A stretch of 45,069 nt of DNA from an uncultured Pseudomonadales bacterium (GCA_964466145.1 CAYXMW010000001.1:1-45069); one strand, 5' to 3'. Numbered from the stretch's first letter, positions 8,376 to 17,179 are shown. Numbers and translations are program-made. Notes: generated from the sequence alone by a model not told the origin.

Positions 8376-8938
8376 AAAAACCTTTCTTAACACTAGGAGC
8401 AGTAGTAGTAGTTTTAGGAATGTGGCTAATGGGTACCTATAATGGACTAGTGGGACTCGGTCAGCGAGTTGATAGTCAATGGGCTCAAGTAGAAACACAA
8501 TACCAACGTCGTTTTGACTTAATACCAAATTTAGTTGAGTCAACCAAAGGTTTCTTAACCCAAGAACAGGAAGTTTTTTCTAATATCGCTGAGGCTAGAC
8601 AAGGATATGCTGGTGCTGGCACTGCCAATGAAAAGGTCGCTGCAACTAACGAAATGGAATCAGCCTTAAGCAGACTATTAGTTATCGTAGAAAATTATCC
8701 TGAATTAAAATCTAACGAAACAGTTCAAGATCTAATGGTTGAGTTAGCTGGCTCTGAAAACCGAGTTAGCGTTGAACGAAAACGCTATAACGACACCGTC
8801 AAAGGATACAACGTTAAAGTTAAAACTTTCCCTACCATGATGGTGGCAAGTATGTTTGGTTATACTGAAAAACCATATTTTGAAGCAGTTGAGGAAGCAG
8901 AAGCTGCTCCAGCAGTAAATCTAGATTTAAATGATTAA
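8372..8938 (+). CDS. lemA: LemA family protein
   Basis: 188 aa with an N-terminal TM and LemA motifs (VDSQWAQVETQYQRRFDLIPNLVE, ENYPELKSNE). Confidence 0.85.
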   Translation: MKKPFLTLGAVVVVLGMWLMGTYNGLVGLGQRVDSQWAQVETQYQRRFDLIPNLVESTKGFLTQEQEVFSNIAEARQGYAGAGTANEKVAATNEMESALSRLLVIVENYPELKSNETVQDLMVELAGSENRVSVERKRYNDTVKGYNVKVKTFPTMMVASMFGYTEKPYFEAVEEAEAAPAVNLDLND

Positions 8939-9836
8939 AAAAATAATCTTTGGATTCCTGCTATTTTTTATTAGTGGTTTAATTTTAGTATCTCCAGTAA
9001 AAGCATTTAATGTGCCCAATTATGAAGGTTTTGTTAATGATTATGCTGAAATTTTATCCCCTGAACTAGAAGACCAATTGGAGACTGAGCTTGGAACTGT
9101 GGCTGAGGCCTCTGATGGGGCTGAAATTGCAATAGTGACAATTACTAATCTCGATGGCGATGTGGTTGAAAACGTGGCTCAAGAATTTTTCGATACTTGG
9201 AAAATTGGTAAAAAACATTTAGACAATGGAGTGTTATTACTAATTTCTGTGGAAGACAGAAAATTACGAATTCATACTGGCTATGGAGCTGAGCCGATTA
9301 TCACTGATGCAGAAGCTGGCAGAATCATTAGAAATGTGATTACTCCAGAATTTAAAAATGGAGATTATGAAGCTGGAGTCAGACAAGGAGTCGCTGCTAT
9401 TGAACAACAGTTTATTGATAGTCCTGGATTTGCTCCTGGTATAGACCCAATTAATAAAAACTCAGGCCTACTCAATTCTTTTGCCAAAGCAATTGGAACC
9501 ATAGTCGTCTCTGTTTTCTTTATGACACTTGTTACTTATCTAGGGGCGTGGCTGGGGCGCAGTAAATCTTGGTGGCCAGGAGGATTGATGGGGCTTGGAG
9601 TCGGAGCATTAATAGGAAGTGTCCTTGCTGGAGTTTTATTTGGACTATTTGGTTTAGTCTTAGATTACATTTTATCTTCAAACTATAAAACTCTAAAAAG
9701 GGGTAAAAAGTCTACTGGCTGGAAAAATACCTGGGGAGGATTTAGTACTGGATCTTCATCTAGTAATTCTTCTAGCTCTAGTTCTAGTTTTGGCGGTGGC
9801 TCTAGTGGTGGTGGTGGCTCCAGTGGAAGCTGGTAA
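8931..9836 (+). CDS. TPM-domain (YgcG-like) membrane protein with Gly/Ser-rich tail
   Basis: Signal/TM, then a TPM-type core (VNDYAEILSPELEDQLETEL, EIAIVTI, LLLISVEDRKLRIHTGYG), C-terminal TMs and an S/G low-complexity tail. 8-nt overlap with lemA; LemA-TPM is a typical pair. Confidence 0.8.
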   Translation: MIKKIIFGFLLFFISGLILVSPVKAFNVPNYEGFVNDYAEILSPELEDQLETELGTVAEASDGAEIAIVTITNLDGDVVENVAQEFFDTWKIGKKHLDNGVLLLISVEDRKLRIHTGYGAEPIITDAEAGRIIRNVITPEFKNGDYEAGVRQGVAAIEQQFIDSPGFAPGIDPINKNSGLLNSFAKAIGTIVVSVFFMTLVTYLGAWLGRSKSWWPGGLMGLGVGALIGSVLAGVLFGLFGLVLDYILSSNYKTLKRGKKSTGWKNTWGGFSTGSSSSNSSSSSSSFGGGSSGGGGSSGSW

Positions 9837-9838
9837 AT

Positions 9839-10585
9839 ATGATCAGACAACTCTCTCCCTACGAGAAAACTCATCTCCGAAGATTTGGTAAAAGTGACAT
9901 CGATATCGCTGATTATGGTGGAATGCCAGTGGAATACATTACTGGAAAAGTGGAGTTTGGGGGTCAAATATTTGAAGTAAATAAAGATGTTTTAATCCCC
10001 AGAGTAGAAACTGAAGAATTTGTGAATTTAGCTTTAAAAAAAATTGCAGAGATTAAAAAAGAAGCTGTAGTAATTGCTGATATAGGTTGTGGCAGCGGGG
10101 CAATTGGAATTAGTCTATGGTTAAAACTACAGCCAAAAAATATGGAGCTGTATTTAAGCGATATTTCAGATCAAGTTTTGGAAACAACTAAAAGAAATGT
10201 GAAAAAAATAATTGGAAAAAATAAAAATATTAAAATACTTAAATCTGATTTACTAATTAATTACCCTGAAAATATTAAATTCGATTTAATCATGGCTAAC
10301 CTACCCTATATTCCTTCTACAAGGGTGGCTGTTCTAGATGAGTCAGTACGAGAATATGAGCCACACCTAGCGCTTGATGGTGGTAATGAAGGTCTAAAAT
10401 ATATTAAAAAACTGGTTAAACAAGCTCGCAATAAATTAAATCCTGAAGGAATAATTATATTGGAAGTTGACTACACTCATGATGAAAAGTTTTTAAAAGA
10501 AAAATTAGAACTAGATGACTTAAAACTAGAAACCAAACAAGATCAATTTCAGCGCATGCGGTTTGTAATTTTATCCAAAAATTGA
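9839..10585 (+). CDS. prmC: Release-factor glutamine methyltransferase (PrmC/HemK-like), short N-terminus
   Basis: SAM motif IADIGCGSGAIGISL. VEYITGKVEFGGQIFEVNKDVLIPRVETE matches the HemK core. The catalytic tetrapeptide reads NLPY (MANLPYIP) instead of NPPY. Confidence 0.7.
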   Translation: MIRQLSPYEKTHLRRFGKSDIDIADYGGMPVEYITGKVEFGGQIFEVNKDVLIPRVETEEFVNLALKKIAEIKKEAVVIADIGCGSGAIGISLWLKLQPKNMELYLSDISDQVLETTKRNVKKIIGKNKNIKILKSDLLINYPENIKFDLIMANLPYIPSTRVAVLDESVREYEPHLALDGGNEGLKYIKKLVKQARNKLNPEGIIILEVDYTHDEKFLKEKLELDDLKLETKQDQFQRMRFVILSKN

Positions 10586-11541
10586 TTTATCATTTCTTTC
10601 ATTTCAGCTGATACTGAAAGTTTCTCAATCTGCTGCCGAACTTTAATTTCTAATTCTTTTAAATCACTATTAACCAACTTTTCAATTTGATGTTTTTTCA
10701 TCAAAATCAGTATTTCTTCTACCCCATTTTCTTCAAAAACATTCTGTATTTCTTGATCAAGATAGTAGTAATAGAGAGTTTTTTTACCTTCGCGAACATC
10801 AGCGCCAACTGGTTTACCAGTTTTCTGCTCATCACCAAACAACCCTAGTTCATCATCTTTAATTTGAAAAATTAACCCCAAAGTTTTACCTAATTCATTT
10901 AATTGAACTACTAATTCTTCAGACTGTTCTGCCAAAACTGCACCAGCCATGAGTGGCAAACTCACTGTATAACTAGCTGTTTTGTCCATATACATCTGTA
11001 GGATGCTATCTTTAGTTACATCTCCACCACTCATCAACGCTAACTCTACATCATGCATCTCACCTAAAATTGTTCTACTTAACTGCTGAGAAAAAAGCTT
11101 TAATAATTTTCCAGATAACAACTCATAAGCTAAGAAGAAAATTAGGTCACCAGCGCAGATTGCGAAACTCTCTCCAAACCGCTGAGATTGCTGATATTTT
11201 TTCTGCTGTGCCAGTTGCTGATATTGAGAATGCAGAGTTTCTTGACCCCTGCGTAAATTATCTTGATCAATAACATCATCGTGAATCAAAAGACTAGTTC
11301 CGATCAATTCTAAAGCCGCAGCAACTTGTAAAACCTCTTGGTTGTATTTTTCACCAGACAATTTTTGATAAGTATTTATGAGCAAACTTCCCCGCAACAT
11401 TTTTCCACTTATGGCTAAAGGCATTAATCGCTCAAAAATATCTTTAGAAAAATAAGAATCATTCAACTCCTGTTGTTTACTGGGTAAAAAATTAATTAAA
11501 AAATTTGAAATTTCTTTTTTATATGAAATGAAATACTGCAT
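10549..11541 (-). CDS. Polyprenyl diphosphate synthase (trans-isoprenyl diphosphate synthase family)
   Basis: First aspartate-rich motif LIHDDVIDQD followed by RRG. Second motif region FQIKDDELGLFGDEQKTGKP. Confidence 0.8.
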   Translation of the reverse strand: MQYFISYKKEISNFLINFLPSKQQELNDSYFSKDIFERLMPLAISGKMLRGSLLINTYQKLSGEKYNQEVLQVAAALELIGTSLLIHDDVIDQDNLRRGQETLHSQYQQLAQQKKYQQSQRFGESFAICAGDLIFFLAYELLSGKLLKLFSQQLSRTILGEMHDVELALMSGGDVTKDSILQMYMDKTASYTVSLPLMAGAVLAEQSEELVVQLNELGKTLGLIFQIKDDELGLFGDEQKTGKPVGADVREGKKTLYYYYLDQEIQNVFEENGVEEILILMKKHQIEKLVNSDLKELEIKVRQQIEKLSVSAEMKEMINQFLDKITNRMR

Positions 11542-11578
11542 AAGCTATATCTTACACCACCTGACTTCTCAATAAAAA

Positions 11579-12814
11579 ATGGTTTACAATACAACCCATA
11601 TGACAGATTACCAACCATCTCAAAAAATCTTAAATAAATATGCCCAAGTATTGATTAACTGCGCCCTTAATTCCGGTGAGGGTATTAAAAAAGGAGATGT
11701 AGTTAAGATAGTAGTCCCAGATATTGCCAAGCCACTAGCTCTAGAACTCCAAAATGTAACTCTCAAAGCAGGTGGTCATCCCATGTTACAACTCATCCCG
11801 ACTGAGTTTAGTAAAGACTTCTACTCATTAGCCAATGATGACCAACTAACTTTTTTTCCTAAAAAATATCTCCAGGAACGAGTCAAGTTAATCGATCACC
11901 AAGTTATTATTATTGCCGACCTCGATCCTTTTGAACTTAAAAATATTGACCCAAAAAAAATTATCAAATCTCGAGATGCTAAAAAATCCTATCGTGACTG
12001 GCTAGATAATAAAGAAAATCAAAATAAATTTACTTGGACAGTTGGTTTGTGGGGTGTGCCAGCCAAAGCAGAAATCGTAGAGTTATCATTGAAAGAATAC
12101 TGGCAACAAATTATTAAAGCTTGTTTTCTAGATAAAGATGACCCAATTGCAGAATGGAAAAGAATTTTTAAAATGCAAAAGTCAATTAAAAAAACACTTA
12201 ATGAGATGAGCATTGAATGGCTGGACGTTAAAGGTCCTGATATTGATCTTAAGATTAAACTGGACGCTAACCGCATTTGGAATGGCGGTAGCGGCCGCAA
12301 CATTCCTAGCTTCGAATTTTTTACTTCTCCAGATTGGCGAGAAGTTGATGGTTGGGTGCAATTTAATCAGCCTCTCTACCGTTACGGCAATGTTATTGAA
12401 GATATTTATCTAGAACTTAAAGATGGTTTAGTAGTCAAAGCTAAAGCAAAAACTGGCAATAAATTCTTACAAGAAATGCTTAAAAGCCCTAACGCTAATA
12501 AAATTGGTGAGTATTCTTTAACTGATAAGCGCATGTCACGCATCACTCATCCCATGGCAGAAACTCTATTTGATGAAAATGTAGGTGGCCCATTTGGCAA
12601 TACTCACTTAGCTGTTGGCAAAGCATATAAAGATTGCTACCGAGGCAACCCAGCTGATATTAGTAAAAAAGAATGGGAAGAAATGGGTTTTAATGACTCA
12701 GCTGAACACACTGATATTGTCTCTACCACTGATCGCACTGTCACCGCTCACATGATTGATGGTAGTCAAAAAGTGATCTATAAAAAAGGAATGTTTACTT
12801 TTTATAAGGAATAA
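11579..12814 (+). CDS. Aminopeptidase, M29 (AmpS/PepS) family
   Basis: 411 aa. KYAQVLINCALN at the N-terminus and C-terminal NTHLAVG...NDSAEHTDIV are typical of thermophilic-metalloprotease M29 enzymes. Alternative start ATG 11600 has TACAAT 9 nt upstream. Confidence 0.75.
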   Translation: MVYNTTHMTDYQPSQKILNKYAQVLINCALNSGEGIKKGDVVKIVVPDIAKPLALELQNVTLKAGGHPMLQLIPTEFSKDFYSLANDDQLTFFPKKYLQERVKLIDHQVIIIADLDPFELKNIDPKKIIKSRDAKKSYRDWLDNKENQNKFTWTVGLWGVPAKAEIVELSLKEYWQQIIKACFLDKDDPIAEWKRIFKMQKSIKKTLNEMSIEWLDVKGPDIDLKIKLDANRIWNGGSGRNIPSFEFFTSPDWREVDGWVQFNQPLYRYGNVIEDIYLELKDGLVVKAKAKTGNKFLQEMLKSPNANKIGEYSLTDKRMSRITHPMAETLFDENVGGPFGNTHLAVGKAYKDCYRGNPADISKKEWEEMGFNDSAEHTDIVSTTDRTVTAHMIDGSQKVIYKKGMFTFYKE

Positions 12815-13591
12815 ATGATTATCAAATCTCAAACCGAACTAGCTACCTATAAAAAAGCTACCCAACTTTCCAAGCAGATATTATCCCAACTTAGAGATGC
12901 AATTAAGCCAGGAGTTTACCCAATTGAACTAGATAAACTAGCTGGTGATTTATGTGAAAAACATGGTGTCAGATCCTCTTTTAAAGGCGTAGTAAATGGA
13001 AACCTAATCTACAACTTCAACAGCTGTATCTCTGTTAATGATGAAATTCTTCATGGAATTCCCAATGATAAAAGAAAAATTCAAGAAGGCGACTTAGTTA
13101 AGATTGATTTTGGAATTATTTATCAAGGATTTTACACCGATCATTGTTTTACTGTTGGAGTGAGTCAGGTTTCAAATGAAGATCAAAAGTTATTAGAAAT
13201 CGGTCGCAAGGCAGTTCTCAATGCTGTTAAATTGGCCAAAACAGGAAATAAAACTGGAGACTTGGGATATGCCATGCACAGCACTGCCTATAAAGCCGGC
13301 TTTGATACCCTAAAACAATACGTGGGACATGGAATTGGAAGAGGTCTCCATGAATACCCTGAAATTCCAGCTTTTGGCAAACCAGGATCAGGAAAAAAGC
13401 TAGAGAAAAATATGATTATTTGTGTTGAGTGCCAAATTGTTCCTAGAAGCGATCAGGTTTATGTTGAAGACAATGGCTGGACAGTTAAAACTACTGATGG
13501 CGGCAAAGGTGTTATGTTTGAATACATGGTCAGAGTCGATAAAAAGCCAGAAATTTTAACTCAAACTCAAGATTGGTCACTAACAGTTTAA
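12815..13591 (+). CDS. map: Methionine aminopeptidase type I
   Basis: M24A metal-ligand contexts are present (KIDFG...YTDHCFT, VGHGIG, ICVECQI, VMFEYMV). The ATG directly follows the upstream TAA. Confidence 0.9.
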   Translation: MIIKSQTELATYKKATQLSKQILSQLRDAIKPGVYPIELDKLAGDLCEKHGVRSSFKGVVNGNLIYNFNSCISVNDEILHGIPNDKRKIQEGDLVKIDFGIIYQGFYTDHCFTVGVSQVSNEDQKLLEIGRKAVLNAVKLAKTGNKTGDLGYAMHSTAYKAGFDTLKQYVGHGIGRGLHEYPEIPAFGKPGSGKKLEKNMIICVECQIVPRSDQVYVEDNGWTVKTTDGGKGVMFEYMVRVDKKPEILTQTQDWSLTV

Positions 13592-13594
13592 AAA

Positions 13595-15298
13595 ATGAAA
13601 AAAAAACTTACTCAACTAGTATTGCCCCTACTACTAGTTGTTTTTACTTTTCTGATCCTTAAACCCCTCTTCTCAAATCAACTTCTATATAGTGATGATG
13701 GTGAGCTTCACGCAGCCCGCATTGCCAACTACTACCTAGCCATAAAACAAGATCAGATTCCACCTCGCTGGGCACCAAATTTAAATAGTGGTTATGGCTA
13801 TCCAGTCTTAAATTTTACCTATCCTTTACCTTATGCGATCAGTACATTTATCTACATGGCATTCCCAATAACCATCGTCATGTCCTTGAATCTAACCATT
13901 ATTTTATTAACTATGACCGGGGTGTTAGGAATTTATTACTTAGCTCGTCAATTTTCTTTATCCCATCAGAAATCCATTTTAGCTGCTGGAATATATTTAA
14001 CTGCCCCCTACACCCTGATTAATATCTACTCACGAGTTGCCTTGGGCGAAATAGCATTTTTTGGAATATTACCTTGGGTAATGTGGGGCGTGGAAAATTT
14101 TATTAAAAATAAAAAGATAAAACCAACTATCTCTTTAGCTCTACTTGCAAGCCTATCTTTACTTATACTAAGTCATCAAACCTCATTGATTATCACCCTC
14201 CCAATACTGACAATTTATTACTTGCTTAGAATGGAAAATAAAAAAGAAATTATTGCTTTAATTAAACGAATCGCACCAATAGGAATAATTTCCCTACTTA
14301 TCACAGCCTGGTATTGGCTACCAGCACTATGGGAAAAACAGTTTGTCATCATTGATAGAGCAGGTACGGTCACTAATTACTTAGATCAATTTCCAGCTTA
14401 TTGGTCATTGTTTTTTCATCAGATAACCAATTTAGAAAAACTAGATGTTCTTAAAATTGTTTCTATTGGCTATAGCAACTTAATTATTATTTTAATCAGC
14501 TTGTATTTAATTACAAAAAATAAAATTAAAGATCAAAAAGAGATTCGCTACTTATTAACAATTTATTTTCTAATCATCATCTTAATGATGCCTTTTACAA
14601 AACCACTTTGGTTAATTTCAGGACTGGGCCACTATATTCAATATCCCTGGCGACTATTATCTATAGTAACTTTAGTCTCAACGCTGTTATTTATTCATCT
14701 TTTTAAAAACCAACTGGTTAACAATTTTTTTATTGGAATATTATTTGTAACTAGCTTGCTCTCAGTATTTGTTTATGCTCAACCGCGAGGATTTCAAAGC
14801 TGGAGTGATTATGAATTATTTGAGTACTTTAAAACCACCACCACCTTCAATGAATTTCAACCTATTTGGGCAGCAGAACATACTCGTCATTTTCCAGAAG
14901 AGAAAATTTCCTTAAGAGTTTCGCAGCAAAAACTATACGATGATGAAATTTTACAACCAGCAGATTATACCAACTTAGAAATTCAAAATTGGAATGGATC
15001 ACAAATGAACTACACTATTGAAACAAATGAGCTGGTAGATATAATTCAAAAAACTTATTTTTTTCCCGGCTGGGAGTTAACAGTTGATGACCAAAAACAA
15101 CAAATTAAATATCAAGATGAAGAATTTCCGGGCCATATTACTTATTCTTTAAAACCAGGTCGACATCAAATCCAACTTCAATTTACTCAAAATACACCTA
15201 CTAGAAAAATTGGAGCTAATGCTTTCTTTATTGGCTTAATTTCCTTAGTTCTATACTTAAATTTAAGTAAGATAACTAAATTATTACACTTGTGGTAG
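13595..15298 (+). CDS. Polytopic membrane protein, GT-C-like glycosyltransferase candidate
   Basis: 567 aa with more than 10 predicted TM helices. First loop has YSDDGELHAARIANYY...PPRWAPNLNSGYGYP. C-terminal soluble domain. The family assignment is tentative. Confidence 0.45.
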   Translation: MKKKLTQLVLPLLLVVFTFLILKPLFSNQLLYSDDGELHAARIANYYLAIKQDQIPPRWAPNLNSGYGYPVLNFTYPLPYAISTFIYMAFPITIVMSLNLTIILLTMTGVLGIYYLARQFSLSHQKSILAAGIYLTAPYTLINIYSRVALGEIAFFGILPWVMWGVENFIKNKKIKPTISLALLASLSLLILSHQTSLIITLPILTIYYLLRMENKKEIIALIKRIAPIGIISLLITAWYWLPALWEKQFVIIDRAGTVTNYLDQFPAYWSLFFHQITNLEKLDVLKIVSIGYSNLIIILISLYLITKNKIKDQKEIRYLLTIYFLIIILMMPFTKPLWLISGLGHYIQYPWRLLSIVTLVSTLLFIHLFKNQLVNNFFIGILFVTSLLSVFVYAQPRGFQSWSDYELFEYFKTTTTFNEFQPIWAAEHTRHFPEEKISLRVSQQKLYDDEILQPADYTNLEIQNWNGSQMNYTIETNELVDIIQKTYFFPGWELTVDDQKQQIKYQDEEFPGHITYSLKPGRHQIQLQFTQNTPTRKIGANAFFIGLISLVLYLNLSKITKLLHLW

Positions 15299-15355
15299 GA
15301 ATTCATCACTCTGCCCCTTGGCACTAGTTTTTTCACAGAGTAGTATGTGATCAAG

Positions 15356-15568
15356 ATGCTAAGCACCTCAGACAAATCCTATATTGAAGACAAACTAACT
15401 AAATTTAGAAGTGATATTCTAAACCATATCGATACTGTCTTGGGAGAAGTCAAAGCCATGAGGGAAGACTTTGCTATTCTCAACCATCGCAGTGCCAACA
15501 ACAAAAACTCAATTGAAAACCATGAAAACCGAATTAATACCCTAGAAGACAAACTTACAATTAATTAG
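15356..15568 (+). CDS. Small coiled-coil protein of unknown function (70 aa)
   Basis: ORF with heptad-like K/E/L pattern. TAGTAT (15341-15346) lies 9 nt upstream of ATG 15356, the same geometry as many genes here. Confidence 0.4.
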   Translation: MLSTSDKSYIEDKLTKFRSDILNHIDTVLGEVKAMREDFAILNHRSANNKNSIENHENRINTLEDKLTIN

Positions 15569-15616
15569 AATTTAGCTAAAGAAGGAATTAAAATAAAAAA
15601 TGGAGAAATTCAAAAT

Positions 15617-16030
15617 TTAACGAAGATATTTTTTAACTTCTCTTAAAACTTTTTTACTTCCTGCAAAAGTAATTTTCTGCATCGCCTCTTTATACTCAAA
15701 CCAGCCATAGTCAGATACTTCTGACTCTTGAATCACAACCTTCTTATCGCTCACCCAAGCTGGATAATAACTGACCGTTTTATGAAAAATCTGACCATCT
15801 TTTTGCGGATAATATTCTTCTTGAAAGATTATTGAATTGTCAACTTGATACTGCATAATGCCAGTTTCTTCTTCAAACTCGCGCTGAGCGGTTTCTAAAA
15901 ATGATTCCTCTCTCTCAGCATGACCTTTAGGAAAAGCCCAGTGGCCCTCAGTGTGTTGAATTAATAAAAACTCAATAACGTCGCCGTCTTTGTGCATTGG
16001 TACCAAACCAAAAGAAACATCTTTTTTCAT
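15617..16030 (-). CDS. Nudix hydrolase (Ap4A-hydrolase-like)
   Basis: Nudix box GHAEREESFLETAQREFEEETGI, with HWAFPKG upstream of it. Confidence 0.85.
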   Translation of the reverse strand: MKKDVSFGLVPMHKDGDVIEFLLIQHTEGHWAFPKGHAEREESFLETAQREFEEETGIMQYQVDNSIIFQEEYYPQKDGQIFHKTVSYYPAWVSDKKVVIQESEVSDYGWFEYKEAMQKITFAGSKKVLREVKKYLR

Positions 16031-16140
16031 TTTAGACCCTTAATATTCTTTCGAACCCTACTTTTTGTAAAAAAGTAGTTGGTGTAAAATATGCTGTGCA
16101 TAGTATAAAATTTAGCTGGTATAAAAAGTACCATGTGCAT
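16027..16140 (-). CDS. Mini-ORF B (37 codons, MHMVLFIPAKFYTMHSIFYTNYFFTKSRVRKNIKGLK), translationally coupled to the Nudix gene
   Basis: The open frame ends in TGA 16029-16027, overlapping the Nudix ATG 16030-16028 (ATGA). TGcTATAAT lies 9 nt upstream of its ATG. It shares FIPAKFY and IKGLK-stop with mini-ORF A. Confidence 0.4.
   Translation of the reverse strand: MHMVLFIPAKFYTMHSIFYTNYFFTKSRVRKNIKGLK
16058..16078 (-). promoter_or_regulatory. 9-bp hairpin inside mini-ORF B
   Basis: Plus strand CTACTTTTT-GTA-AAAAAGTAG, a perfect 9-bp stem with a 3-nt loop, about 28 nt upstream of the Nudix ATG. Absent from the otherwise homologous locus A. Confidence 0.4.
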
Positions 16141-16149
16141 AACAGTGAA

Positions 16150-16158
16150 ATTATAGCA
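16150..16158 (-). promoter_or_regulatory. Putative extended -10 promoter (TGcTATAAT) 9 nt upstream of the mini-ORF B ATG
   Basis: The minus strand reads tttGCTATAATttcactgttATG. Confidence 0.45.
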
Positions 16159-16167
16159 AACTAAAAA

Positions 16168-16731
16168 TTAGTCTTTACTGGGAGTTTCTTTACTACTACG
16201 AAGCTTGAGCTGTCTATTCCAACCAGTATCAAGAGCAGACTCTACTTTTTTCTCAGCCTCTTCTAACTCTAATCCCAAAACATGAGCTACTTCTTGCTGA
16301 AAACGCATCATCACCATCCCAAAAGTATTACGTTTACTAATAGTAAAGTTTTTATCCTCATCTCTTTTTTCTTCCCAAAGAGTTTTAAGCACTTGAGCAA
16401 TGTCATGAAGCTCATTGGTGCTAATAATTCTCTTCACTTTTAATTGATTAAACTTAATACGCTCGTAATCACCTTGGCGTAAAAACTTCAGCTCATCATT
16501 TAAAATAGTTTTAGAAACTGGCAGTCTAATTGTAGTCTTATCGATATTACTTAGAGAGATAGAAAGCTTCAAAGTCTCATTGCTGCGAGTCTTATAAACA
16601 GGCTCAAAGTAAATTAATTTATCTTTTTCGCCATCGTTGTTTTCAATTTTTTCAAGCTTGGTAATTTTATTAACTATCCCAAATCTAATAATTAGATCAT
16701 TCTTTTTTAGCTCATTTAATTCATCGGTCAT
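16168..16731 (-). CDS. CarD/CdnL-like transcription factor (tentative)
   Basis: 187 aa. N-terminal beta-rich segment (LKKNDLIIRFGIVNKITKLEKIE) and C-terminal helical segment (FTISKRNTFGMVMMRFQQEVAHVLGLELEEAEKKVESAL) resemble the CarD_CdnL_TRCF architecture. Confidence 0.5.
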   Translation of the reverse strand: MTDELNELKKNDLIIRFGIVNKITKLEKIENNDGEKDKLIYFEPVYKTRSNETLKLSISLSNIDKTTIRLPVSKTILNDELKFLRQGDYERIKFNQLKVKRIISTNELHDIAQVLKTLWEEKRDEDKNFTISKRNTFGMVMMRFQQEVAHVLGLELEEAEKKVESALDTGWNRQLKLRSSKETPSKD

Positions 16732-16740
16732 AAGATGGTC

Positions 16741-16749
16741 ATTCTAACA
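16741..16749 (-). promoter_or_regulatory. Putative extended -10 (TGtTAGAAT) 9 nt upstream of the CarD-like ATG
   Basis: The minus strand reads ggctaTGTTAGAATgaccatcttATG, with no SD. Confidence 0.4.
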
Positions 16750-16786
16750 TAGCCTGGATATAGAGTTAAGTATCTTCTTGTAAGTC

Positions 16787-16815
16787 TTGCGCTGTTTTTG
16801 CAATCAGACTACAAT
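16787..16815 (+). promoter_or_regulatory. Putative sigma-70 promoter of the BlaI-like gene (TTGCGC-17-TACAAT)
   Basis: -35 TTGCGC 16787-16792, 17-nt spacer, -10 TACAAT 16810-16815. The ATG follows 7 nt after the -10, which predicts a leaderless mRNA. Confidence 0.5.
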
Positions 16816-16822
16816 CTGTAGT
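16808..16822. promoter_or_regulatory. Operator-like dyad ACTACAATCTGTAGT (TACA-N3-TGTA)
   Basis: Perfect 6+6 inverted repeat that overlaps the -10 box and abuts the BlaI-like ATG. It matches the TACA/TGTA type of box bound by BlaI/MecI/CopY repressors. Confidence 0.55.
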
Positions 16823-17161
16823 ATGTCGACTGATACAAGTTGTTGCTTAGGACCTTTGGAAAAAAAAGTTTTAGAAATCGTTTGGATTAAAGACTGTCCA
16901 AGCGTGAGATGTGTTTTGTTAGAAATCAATAAATCTCGAAAAAAATCAGAAAAACTTGCTTACACTACAGTAATGACAATCATGAAGCGTCTAGTAAAGA
17001 AAAAAATCTTAACTAGAAAAAAAGATGGTCGTAGTTACCGCTATGAGCCTAAAGAACCAAAAGAGCAATTTATAAAAAAAGCTGCACATTGTACCGTCCA
17101 AAATTTAATCAATAAATTTGGCGATCTAGCTATTAAAGCACTAAAAGAAGAATTGCAATAA
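16823..17161 (+). CDS. BlaI/MecI/CopY family winged-helix transcriptional repressor
   Basis: LGPLEKKVLEIVW...AYTTVMTIMKRLVKKKILTRKKDGRSYRYEP is the family wHTH. ATG 16823 is preferred over the TTG 16787 given in the track. Five Cys in 112 aa; no C-terminal CxCxxxxCxC hook. Confidence 0.8.
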   Translation: MSTDTSCCLGPLEKKVLEIVWIKDCPSVRCVLLEINKSRKKSEKLAYTTVMTIMKRLVKKKILTRKKDGRSYRYEPKEPKEQFIKKAAHCTVQNLINKFGDLAIKALKEELQ

Positions 17162-17179
17162 ACTCACTATTTCCAATGG

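Noticed and set aside
9750-9836. Ser/Gly-coding low-complexity tract as a possible repeat element or CRISPR-like array
   Set aside because: It is in frame within the TPM-domain gene. G/S-rich tails are typical of YgcG-like proteins, and there is no repeat-spacer periodicity.
9683-9967. Minus-strand 94-aa ORF antisense to the TPM tail and the prmC start
   Set aside because: It is the complement of the Gly/Ser-coding low-complexity tract (giving PPP/LEL repeats) and spans the junction of two well-supported genes.
16046-16062. GGGTTCGAAAG on the minus strand, resembling a tRNA T-arm/T-loop
   Set aside because: There is no complementary T-stem 3' half, acceptor stem or anticodon arm around it. 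The segment lies inside mini-ORF B.
16823-17161. BlaI-like repressor as a beta-lactam resistance determinant
   Set aside because: No BlaR1/MecR1 sensor, beta-lactamase or PBP2a-like gene is adjacent. The second operator sits in front of a DsbA-like/CcdA operon instead.
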